Source: Antedon mediterranea
Lineage: Eukaryota; Animalia; Echinodermata
Length of the DNA: 64,000 nucleotides
Direction: 5' to 3'
NCBI RefSeq assembly: GCF_964355755.1
Contig: NC_092670.1
Coordinates: forward strand, 9,972,201-10,036,200
Positions 53,659 to 64,000 of the stretch are shown here, piece by piece. Made by a program: the position numbers and the translations under genes. The notes under the pieces were generated by a model. That model was not told the DNA's origin. It searched no databases and saw only the letters and a program-made list of their open reading frames with translations. The number at the start of each line of letters is the position of its first letter. Positions within the stretch are counted from its first letter, which is position 1.

Positions 53659-54322
53659 CTGATAATGAAAGGATAGTAATCTATACTCTATTTTCTAAAA
53701 CACCGATTTCAAGTTCATCAACTGGAGTAAATAGAAATAAATGAATTAAGAACCTGAATATTAATATTACTATGAGGTTACGTCAATATTTAACAATTTA
53801 ATTTTGATGTTCCTCGATTTGATTTGATTATACTCATTTTACAATAATTATGCAAGTTTTTGAACATTTAGTGTGATTGTTCTTGTATTTTGTTTAGATC
53901 ATCATAGTTTTGTTGGTTTTACATGTGACCTCCAGGCAACGCTTTACTCACTCGATCTGCATGTGCGTAGGTATAGTTTTTTAGATTGATTTTTTCATTA
54001 ATTTCTGTTGAACAAAATGGTAAATCTAAAGTTATGTTTTTAATAAAGCCGAATATTATTAAGAATTGTTCATTTGCAATAGGCTATTTATCCACCAATA
54101 TGCAAGTTTTAAACATGCCTAACAACTGTTCACTTAACTATGTTGTGCAAATGAGTAGAATGTTGACGTCATTCGTTAAAGTTCCCTATTTTATTCTTGC
54201 CATCATCTAAAGGTCAACATCGCCTTCTATCTATTTTCAAGACGTAAGGAGTGCAGGGTGTGACGTCATATGTGAGATGTGCTCCTTCAGATGTATTTAC
54301 ATAAATTGTTGCCAATACTTAC

Positions 54323-54459
54323 TGTCCATCCTGCATCACTTCTCATGTCACAGTACACAGTAATTTGTGGTCCTCCATCACATAGCTGTATCACATATTG
54401 ACCACTCACAGCAGAAGGATTATTTTGTAAAATGTTACTACACTCCCTCATAAAACACT
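54323..54459 (-). CDS. PAN-FReD copy 2, exon 3
   Basis: 137 nt with intact splice sites. Encodes CFMRECSNILQNNPSAVSGQYVIQLCDGGPQITVYCDMRSDAGWT. Confidence 0.8.
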
Positions 54460-54721
54460 CTAAAATTACAAAATTTGAAGATCACATATTAGATATAACA
54501 TTGAAATAAGCCTATACATTGAATGAAACGTCCATTTGGTTATAAGATTGATTTTGTAGTAGGTCAATACAACAGAAAGTACTTTTAGAATATTAAAGAG
54601 AACATTTCCTATAGGCAAATTCAACAGAAACAAAATGTCACTGCCAGCAGCCAATCACTAATAATAAAAGTGAACCTCCATATGAAAAATAAATTTATTT
54701 AATAATAAATTGTATACTTAC

Positions 54722-54747
54722 TTGTTTTGGGAATCAGTGGCCAGGAC
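54722..54747 (-). pseudogene. PAN-FReD copy 2, damaged micro-exon 2
   Basis: Homolog of 12329-12353, but the acceptor reads CAT instead of CAG and the exon is 26 nt instead of 25. Donor gtaag intact. Confidence 0.7.
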
Positions 54748-56490
54748 ATGAAGAAAAATGAAATATAAAATAATTAACATAATGACCGTATATAGATAGA
54801 ATGCCGCTATTACAGTAATTTAATAACTACAGACTATAGTTTTGGAGAGAGAGAGAGAGAGAGAGAAAAGAGGAACAGCATTTGACAGTAGTTGAAATAG
54901 TGAACTTCCTATTGAGAGTGACCACACGATAATGTAGGTGCATCACATTGGCCAATTGGTGTAGATATGCTAGTTTAAAGTCGCATCCAAAGACATTATT
55001 TTTTATCATACGTCCACTACACAGTCATGCATCATGCCTGCGTAGAAATGTATTCTGATCACGAATGTATAAATTTATGACTTTTGAGCCCATTATTATT
55101 TATAATTTATTTAAACGTAATTGCTTTTTGTGCTGATAGTTTTTAATTTATTTACACCAATAGTAGTCTCACCATGACAGTAAATCAAGAACTAAATAAA
55201 GTTTCTTCTTTCAAATAATTTTTTTCTTTTGGATGATCCAAAAGAACAAAATATTTGAATACTATACAGAGATCCAGATGAACGTTTTTACTACTTTTTG
55301 CTTAAATCTAATAATGTATCACCCAATATACTTACAACAAATGATATCATGTGTAGTAGACAACACATAACAATATTCAAATTATGATTGACAATATTGC
55401 TATTTCACAGGTTTCTCATTAAAATTAAAGATGAAACACTAACATGGGGGCATTCCAAAGTATATATATATATTTTTTAAATTGTATAATTTTGCTATTG
55501 AAAAAAATGAAAAAATTAGTTTTTTTACATCAATTTAGTCTTTTATTTACAAATCAAAATATTATTGAACCTTTGAAACACTGTTGAAGTTTAGGTCAAG
55601 TGAAAATATTAAAATTCTTAAAATAATATAAAGTATTATTTATGAAATTAATTATTCAAAGAGTTATAAAGAGAAGCAATAATTGTTAAATGTTATCAAA
55701 GTAATTTATTTATTTAAAAAAAGTTATGTTTCGTATAAATAAATCTTCAAGCTATTAACACATTTAAGGCGAATCTTTAAAAATTGACATTGGCATTTGA
55801 CGTCTGAATTTCTTAGTGGATCCAAGTTGAAACTGAAATTTTCTTCTATCTTTTTTTTTGTCTTAATAATTTTGCATCTGATTTATAAAGGTTCACAAAG
55901 AATGAAATCTACCAAGTGAAAAAAAAACTTGTTTAAATCTATTGCAATTTAATATCTTTAAGAACAGTTGAAAAGTAAGTTTTGAAAATACAGATTTTGG
56001 AATCATTATTTCAGTAATATAACACTAAAATGAGGAGAAAAACCCAACCAAAATTTCTCAGAAGTGACAATTATGAATTTTTAAATAAAAATTATGTATG
56101 AATATGAATATGAAATTAATAAAGTCACAATTTTAATAAAATATTTGAATATGAACAAACTCGCCATTTCTTGAAGTGCCCTTTTAAACTATAGTAGGCT
56201 TAGTCCTAGGAAAAACCCATACCAGCATTTGTTATTTATCCTTTATGAATTTTAAATGGTAAAATAAATTGATCTTTTATATTGATAGAAATATTTTTCT
56301 ATTTTATATATGGATTTAATTGATATTTAGATTTAAGTGATTCCTCTTAATATTTTAGTTCATTACTTTTATGTAGGCCTACTTCAGGAGCCAACAAAAT
56401 TCAATAGGCGTTTCCCCAAAACCATGTTTTGTTGAATATTACGTACGTTGTTCATTCCATCAGTACACTAAATCAGAAAATTTAACTCAC

Positions 56491-56799
56491 CCTTTCGATG
56501 TAACTAAACGCAGGCTTTTGAATTATGTTGTTTTCGTATTTTTTGTTTTTTGTTGTTGATGCTTCTTCCAGTATTTGCTTATTGATTTGACAAACATGAT
56601 CTGTCTGGTTATAGTTGACCGACAAGCAGTATGATTTGTCGGAACATTCCAGCAAACAATTTACACGGCTTATATTCTTCAACTCATAACTCCAACCATC
56701 AAGAGCCTGCCCCTGGATAACTGTATAGAATAAATTGGTCGAAAGAACGACAATGGGCAGAAGATTAAGAACGACAACCAAAGTTGCAAACGTATGCAT
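56491..56799 (-). CDS. PAN-FReD gene copy 2, exon 1
   Basis: Paralog of 15898-16188 with the same leader, the four PAN-pattern cysteines and the donor; carries an 18-nt in-frame insertion (TTKNKKYE vs VE). Confidence 0.8.
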
Positions 56800-59700
56800 T
56801 GCGGCGTTTTGGAAATACGTATTGACAAAATAAAATGTATGATGTGCCTTCAAATGCAACTTGTCGTACACCAATATTTGTGGTAATAAGGAACTACTGT
56901 ACGTTTTCATCTTCTGATGTGCGTATTATAGATGTTCCATCCAAGTATAATACAATAGAACTTTGTCTGCACCAATCAAAAACGTGTTAGTAATAATAAG
57001 GTGTAATTACATAACAATGTATGAACAAACTTGATGCTTTTTTTCTAATAGCCTATCAAATTGAACCATCAAATGCATGGAGTTATAGTTTTTTAATTAT
57101 TATTAAATAAATTAAAGAAATTATCATTAAATCATAACTTAAAGCAAAAGAGGACACATCCATCATTTTATCAGTTGACATAGAGTTCTGCGATGCTGAC
57201 GTCACAACAGTAGGTGGCGCTGCGTGGTTGCTAGCCAATCAAAAAATGCGTTCAACCCGCCTGAGTGACTCCAAGGTCACCACATAAAATGTAAACATAT
57301 AAAGGATTATTGTCCTTTACTGAATTTTCTTCTTTCAATCTTTATAATATTATATAGTATTATATGGTGATGCTATTAAATGACATCAAATGTAAACATA
57401 TATAAAGGATTATTGTCAAGTTTACTGAATTTTCTTCTTTCAATCTTTATAATAGGATAGTATTATATGGTGATGCTATTAAAATTCAAACATATTGTAA
57501 TGTTTGTCTTCCACTTGTCTCTATTCTTAGATATTATTATTTAAAACATGCTCTCTGCATGTAGAATAATAGCATCTGCATAGTTTAGTATCTTGTTTGA
57601 AAATGAAGGTTAATTTAGTGAAATGATAAACATTATTACACTACAAATCAATATTTAGAGTAACCATGAGGTGACTTTGGTATTGACACAGAGGGACAGG
57701 TGTAAGCTCCTATTTTTCACGCTGCTGCTCTAGCCCGCTACGTCACACGAGATGACTCATTCATTAGATGAAATCCAACAGCAGTAATAGTACTACACTT
57801 TGACATTTTTGTTAAAATGGAAATTCGACTATAATTTATAGGTACTGTACCTGCACCTGTTGAATCCAAAAAACGGCTGGGAAAAGAGTCTAATGACAAA
57901 TCCCAAAGCATTTCTGGTATTTATGAGTCCCATGATATTACTATAATTCACTGTCAGATAATCATTGAATTATTATCAAAACAGTCCATTGAAGTTTTTG
58001 TTTGTAATAGGATACTTGAAGTATCTAGGCTTGATGAAGTGACCCCCAGACTTGACCTTAGCAATAACAATAAGCAAGCAGCGTTTTTTGTAAGAAATAT
58101 TCTTGTTTAAAACTGTAATTGGCTGAATCACGATTTAAAAGAATATGTGTGTTTTAATCATTGACAGTACCCAAATGACTACAATTTAATTGTTAAGTTC
58201 AAAGTATGGAACCTGCAAAGTAATATTTTCACCCGTATTTTCATTACAGTAAAGTGTTTGTACTGTTTTCTTAATTATCAGTACAATTAAATCAATTAGT
58301 GTATGTCAATGGTAAAAGTTGAAATGAAATATGGTGACCAATTAATACAGAAACAGGAAGTTCCTAAGTCCTGTTGGGCTATGTTTGTGTCCAGTTGTGA
58401 CAGTTTTATCCTAAATTTCGTCAGTCTATCTTGAGATCTGATCGAGAAGCCTCAGAAAAAGGGTATGTTTTACTTTACTTTTGTATTATATTTTGTTAAT
58501 TTTATGCTTAGGATTTAGATTTTTTTTTGGCTAAGCTCTTAGACTGAATTGAATTTATATTTTGTAGACTAAGTTTTATTTCTTTTTAACTATTATTTGC
58601 TTGTTAACAAATAATTGACGTCACTGTCATGCACAAAAATGATTGATAGGCACACGCCAGTTAAATTATATATTTACTGCCAAGAAAGGTGTAGTGTAGT
58701 GCAGGTTTATCAAGTATCAATTTATTTTGAGCCTTTGTATTTTTAGTTAAGACTTTTTATGTTGTTATTCTTAGTTTAAGTATACTTTTGAGACTTCATT
58801 GCTCAAATGTATTTATTTTTAATCTATACATTTAAAGGCACTCTTTAATTAACTTGCATAGTGTAAAGAAGCTGAATCTATAACTTTTTGTTATAATGAC
58901 CAACAAAATGAGTTTGTCAGTCCTATCAAATATGTTGAAGTATTGCAAAATATTCACTTGATTTATTTTAGGCTGTATGTGGTATATACGAACATGAAAT
59001 AAGACTTCGTATGAGGCCAGTGCCAAGAGAGCCACTGAGCTGGTAAGACATTAAGATATAATTGTTAATTACAAGTTATATAAGTGTAATGTGGTCGTTT
59101 TCTAAAGAGAATTGGAAATCCTTTATTTTCACGAATAATTGTATTTTGATATTTATAGTTATGCATTGCTGCTCAAATTTAATTTAGTTTATTAAGTTTA
59201 TTATATATCCTTAATTACATTTTTTGCATGGAGTTTATTACCTTGTATTATATATTTTCAGTTTTTTCGTTTTGCTGTATTTCTTATTCAAATAAAATCA
59301 TATGAACCCAACAGTACTTTGCCGTTTCTTTTTGTGACATCCGACCATGCCCTGTAATATCCCGTATTACTACAAAATGTATTGTAGATGGAGAAGCATT
59401 CTATATACTTAAGTTTAGAGTTTACGATTTTTAATTTTCTTTTTCTATTTATACGTTTATTAATATGGATGATATTTCCGAAATAAAAAGAAATTGAATT
59501 GAATTGAATTAACATTAATTAATTTTCCATATGTTGTTTTCACATAGCTACCACAGTATTATTTAATACACTGCACTCTCCTCACCTCTGCTGGCTTGAT
59601 GACAACTTGAGCAAAAAAAACCAACCACCTGACATGTTTTAACTTCAGATGTTGACTTGTCTAATGGCATTGTCTAGTTAGGAATCAAAAATTAATATAG

Positions 59701-60146
59701 TACAATGTTGTATATATGATCTAGAAAAGTTGTTCCTATTCATTCTTAAATCAATATTTGAGTGTCTACTGTATTTTGTTTTCATTAATTCTAAAAGCCA
59801 GCAAAACTTCTTTTATCTTGTTTAAAAATCTCAATTATTTCTGTCTTTACCTTTGAAATGTACTTACTTTAATTGTGTTAATTTGATTTTGATAATTTTA
59901 AGTTTAATTTTATATTTTCTTTTGTCCATTTATATACTGTATTTTGTTTATATTTATGTAGTTAAGAACTGAACCACTTTGGAAATCAGTACATTGTATT
60001 GAAAGTTTATTCAGAATAAAGAAAGATTAAATAAATTAATTAAAATACAAAATTGAAGAGTCAAGGAATATAGTGTGCACTGTAACATGAACCTTTGAAG
60101 CATGCAGTCACAATTGAAAAAGAAAACAGAATCTTGTTAATATATT

Positions 60147-61647
60147 CATGGATTAAAGAATAGAAGGATATGCATCGACGGTGACATCAAACGATTTTAC
60201 AACGCGCTTGCCTATACTAAAGCACTGCTGCCAATCAAACAAACACGCTCATTGAACTCCGTGTCTCTAACCGCGGCCCTCTGTAAAACGCTTCGAATCA
60301 ACTGTTACATTTTTTGAGACCAAAACGTAAGCATGTAGAAATCGTATGCGCAGTCTGAATGTTCTATTGACATGTCTGCGTCGATGATTAATTGACAACA
60401 AAAATATATTGCTGAATAATTCTGTTTTAGTTTCATCACAATCGGACTACGAAAAGTTCACTTTCTTACGACTGGTAATTTTAAGTAGTTGGTAATATTA
60501 ATAAAATATGCAATTTTTATATTTGAATTATCATTATTTGCCTGCCATCTTCTGTCATTAAAAATTGCGTTAATCTATAGAATATTAAATTATGCATTTG
60601 ACCATGTATGTTGTTAGCGTGGCCGGTGTTCACCCATACAACAATCGTGTTTTTAATATATGGCTAAGCAGTGGTTTCTTCATAAATCTCCTTATTTATC
60701 GATGTGATTATATTTAAATTGTAGTGCCTGGTGATTGGCTAGTGGTTATGTCATCCACATCACATCCAATCACCGGGTCTAATTGAATGAAAACAGCGAT
60801 CCCTGATCCGGGATTGGCTGGCTATGTATAGTTGCGATTCGTGTTCCCACTAGCGACGCAGATTAGCCTAGGCCTACCTAGGCAGTATCAATGTCGGCAA
60901 ATCATATGGTTTACTAGTAAGCCTAGGCCTAGTATTGCTGATTTTGTAATTTTACATGTAGGCTGAGACAACAAATAAATAGTTATTGTCTCAGATGTAG
61001 GGCTACTACAGGTCATAAAATGCTACTTTAATGTCATAGGCCTAAAAACATTAGCGTAGATCAATCGCGGCAGAAACCTATACTAATTACAATTATAGCA
61101 TCTACAATTCTAAGCCAATAACAATATAGTATTGTTTTTATCTGGTATATTGATGAAGTAGGCCTACACTAAGGTCTTCACAATAACATAAAATGTAATT
61201 TAATAACTGTTTTCAATGGCGTGAGGCAGAGGCCTGAAGCCACTTGTTTAGGAAACCTAAGTGGCCCTCCAAAAGTTTCAAAGATCGAGGCCTCGGACGT
61301 TTTTAGCATTTTCGACATATTTTATGCCTGTTCCTCTGGGCACTGCTCATGGGCCCCAAGCTTCGGTTTAGCCAGTGAGCGCACATATCCGTTACGCCAC
61401 TGATTATACTGTTCAAATATGTATGAATACATACAGTGCAACAAAGAACGCGCGAAAGAAGCGTAGTCAACACGGTTAAATGTCGTTGCACCGTGTGCAG
61501 TAAACAATATATTAGGCACGCGACCGTTTCGTTGTTACCATGCGGTTAATTAAACTGTAACATTGTGGGCGGTCCGCGGTCTGTCGGCGAGAGTCAAGGA
61601 ACCCTTGATCTCACGTCGATGCATATCCTTCTATTCTTTAATCCATG
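60147..61647. mobile_element. Non-autonomous P-element-like DNA transposon
   Basis: Perfect 34-bp TIR catggattaaagaatagaaggatatgcatcgacg, 7-bp TSD atatatt. Confidence 0.75.
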
Positions 61648-61784
61648 ATATATTTAAATATACATACTGTTTACTGAGTACGGCCATACTGCATTGAGAC
61701 ACCGGTTCGAAGTTAAGCAACGTTGGGCCCGGTTGCGTTCTGGATTGGAGACCATCTAGAAATTGCTGCGGGTGCTGTATATAC

Positions 61785-62010
61785 TGGAGAGTGATGGTGT
61801 AATGGTAATATCGGACTAGCATGTGATAGGCATAGGTTTGAGGTTATCTGTACCATACTAATTGCATCCTTAGGCAAGATGCTTTACTCTCATTGCCTCA
61901 TCCTTCGGTAGGCGCTGCACTGCTGGCAGCCGTGGGTCCGTGGAGGGCCTAATCCAAATTTCCTCAGTTTCCAGTTAAGCTTGAGGACAAACCTTTACCT
62001 TTACCTTTTA
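61785..62010 (+). mobile_element. tRNA-derived SINE
   Basis: A-box-like tggtgtaatgg, weak B-box, SINE-core-like tccttaggcaagatgctttactctcattgcctc, (ACCTTT)n tail. Confidence 0.65.
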
Positions 62011-63097
62011 CTGTTTCTTCATTCTTGTTTTGTTTGTGTATTTAATATTTAAAATTATAGACGTTTATTGTGTTACTGTTTAATATTTTTTAGTGACCCC
62101 TAGTCGCTTATTTTCTATCTTATTTTTGTACATTTATGCATTTCATTGTCGTCTGGGGAATTGTCTTCTTTTGTAAAGCTTCAAAAGCATCTTAGTAACA
62201 GTTCTGACTGGAGAACAACGACTTAAAATATTCTTGCAGTCTTCTGTTGTTCAATTTTTGTAATATTTTGATTTGTGGTGAAAAGAATGTTTACGGTAAT
62301 CTTAACAATGTCTGTTTTCTGGTGGTGTAATTAGAAAGAAGTAAATAATGATTGAAAATAAATTACATAAAATAAATAATTAAATATCCAAATAAATAAC
62401 ATTAAATGTTAACATCAAAAGGGTGGCTCAAGTTTATGCTTTGCAGGAGCGACGGGCATAAGGTAGAAACATGAGCAAACTGTACTTACCACCCGTTAGA
62501 TAATCATTTTTGAAATGGTGCATGTGAGGGCACATGCTGCTGACCACCTGCTGTCTTGACCTCTAAGTGACCTGATTGTGACGTAGGAAAATTGTTTGAG
62601 AATCAGTAAACGCAGCATTCGGTATTTGCAAAGAAATTGGTCTAAAAACACATTTTTTAAAGAAATAAAAGGTGCCCCAGCTCGAACAGCGCTATTATCG
62701 GACTTGCAGTTGAGGAGGAGATACCGGAACAAACTTTGGCTTAGTGCTATTATAATATGATGATCAACTAACAAAACATCTTAAACAGCCCTTTTGCTCG
62801 AGATTACATATCCAACCTTTCTAGAACTTGGAACCATCCCTCACCCTCAATTTCACTTAAAATCTAAAACCCACTCCAAAAATCATTTCATTGCCCCTGT
62901 ATTGAACTAATAGTATATTTTTGAATATCTTTTTTAAAAAAGTGACAATAATCAAATCTGATGTAATAATAAAACAATTAAAGCGTTACATTTGACTGTT
63001 ATAAGACAAATTTTAATGTACCCTACCTAGTGAGTTTACTGGTAAAATTATTAAATAAAGAAGTTAAATTTAATTTTGTTCTTCATTGTTCTTTTAG

Positions 63098-63148
63098 GCT
63101 TGAAGCTGTTCATTGTGGGTGTCTTCCATTGTGTCCTAACCAGCTGGT
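63098..63148 (+). pseudogene. Truncated duplicate of GTDC1 penultimate exon
   Basis: Acceptor and [16 protein letters not shown] retained; the VYPEIFP codons and gtaag donor are replaced. Flanks are homologous to 17320-18490. Confidence 0.8.
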
Positions 63149-63516
63149 CAAATCTTATGAGTTCAGAGTTCTCAACTTGCTATAGGCCTAATTGATTTCA
63201 GTAGTTTGGATAAAAAAATTCTGTAGTAATTACACAATTTCAATAGTTGTCTACATGTTTCAGAGCATGTACAAAATGAGATTCAGAAAGACTATCACAC
63301 TGTGATTGTGTTTTGATTGTGTCTTCCATTGTGTCCTAACCAGCTGGTCAAATCTTATGAGTTCAGAGTTCTCAACTTGCTATAGGCCTAATTGATTTCA
63401 GTAGTTTGGATACAAAAATTCTGTAGTAATTACACAATTTCAATAGTTGTCTACATGTTTCAGAGCATGTACAAAATGAGATTCAGAAAGAATATCACAC
63501 TGTGATTGTGTTTTGA
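63119..63516. repeat. 200-bp tandem duplication overlapping the dead GTDC1 exon
   Basis: gtcttccattgtgtcctaaccagctgg at 63121 and 63321; units nearly identical. Confidence 0.9.
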
Positions 63517-63716
63517 CAAATTGTAATCTAGAAATGGAAATGGAAATCCAGAACAAGGGCTTTTCGTGGATCGATTGTGGGTCGATGATTTGTCCATCAT
63601 AAATTTGTGTTTTATTAGGGGTTCTCATAATTGTAAGCCAAATCATAAATTAATATCTCCATTTCCATATATTAGATGGCAGCACTTAAATAAGTAATTC
63701 AATATTCAAATATTAA

Positions 63717-64000
63717 AGATGTACTGTATTGTCCCTTTGATTAATTCAAAAAAACTTTTGAAGTATCATAATAGTTATAAACTTTCACCCAAAATTTTAC
63801 TAAATTTAACTAAAATACAGACGTTTTTTTGTTAAAAAAGTAACTTTGACTTCCAGTCAAAGTTTTCGATCAAAACATATCTCATAATGCAACACGCTTT
63901 TTTGGCTACTCTGTATGCATAATCATAAAACTTCCTCGCGATCTGTGCGAAACACATTCTCAACCGTGACGAGTTGTAAACAATCCTAATTAGCAGCATA
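63717..64000. mobile_element. Left part of another Kolobok-like element (other end not seen in the window)
   Basis: ttaa|agatgta(ctgta)ttgtccc equals the TIR of the 6837 MITE plus a 5-bp insertion. Confidence 0.55.

Larger units (their letters stand above)
40665..63716 (+). repeat. Segmental duplicate (direct orientation) of ~6747-18500, expanded by TE insertions
   Basis: Collinear homology of 3' flank (6747-8100 vs 40665-41400), exons, introns (10890-13090 vs 53660-55460; 14280-15000 vs 55480-56190) and 5' flank (17320-18490 vs 62460-63710). Confidence 0.88.

Noticed and set aside
56800-56910. 37-aa in-frame extension upstream of the copy 2 signal peptide
   Set aside because: The same ATG is out of frame in copy 1 (19-codon uORF at 16298) and lies only ~15-20 nt from a TATA-like motif, so it is probably not the true start.
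61221-61822. Short ORFs in and next to the P-like element as THAP or transposase candidates
   Set aside because: No C2CH THAP signature or transposase motif recognisable.

Overview
AT-rich, intron-containing animal genomic DNA; an invertebrate deuterostome such as an echinoderm is a plausible but unproven source. The + strand carries the last three coding exons of a GTDC1/QTMAN-like glycosyltransferase (1893-2037, 17982-18052, 19361-19536). Nested antisense in its ~16-kb intron is an intact 5-exon gene (16188->8661, 323 aa): signal peptide + PAN/apple-like domain + fibrinogen C-terminal domain (FReD). A segmental duplicate (~40.7-63.7 kb) holds a second PAN-FReD copy with a damaged micro-exon 2 and a dead GTDC1 exon. 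Two extra degenerate copies of the terminal FReD exon lie downstream of it, and divergence between copies concentrates in that terminal exon. The rest is layered TE sequence: a full-length Gmr1-type Gypsy element, a Penelope element with inverted pLTRs interrupted by a CR1-like LINE, L2/RTE/Tx1/Rex-like LINE fragments, Harbinger, Mutator-like, Kolobok-like, P-like and hAT-like non-autonomous elements, hammerhead ribozyme motifs, a SINE and microsatellites. Paralog comparisons also show recurrent TA-CAG/CTG-TA and TA-GGCC-TA micro-insertions that look like transposon footprints. All calls were made by eye; no searches were run.
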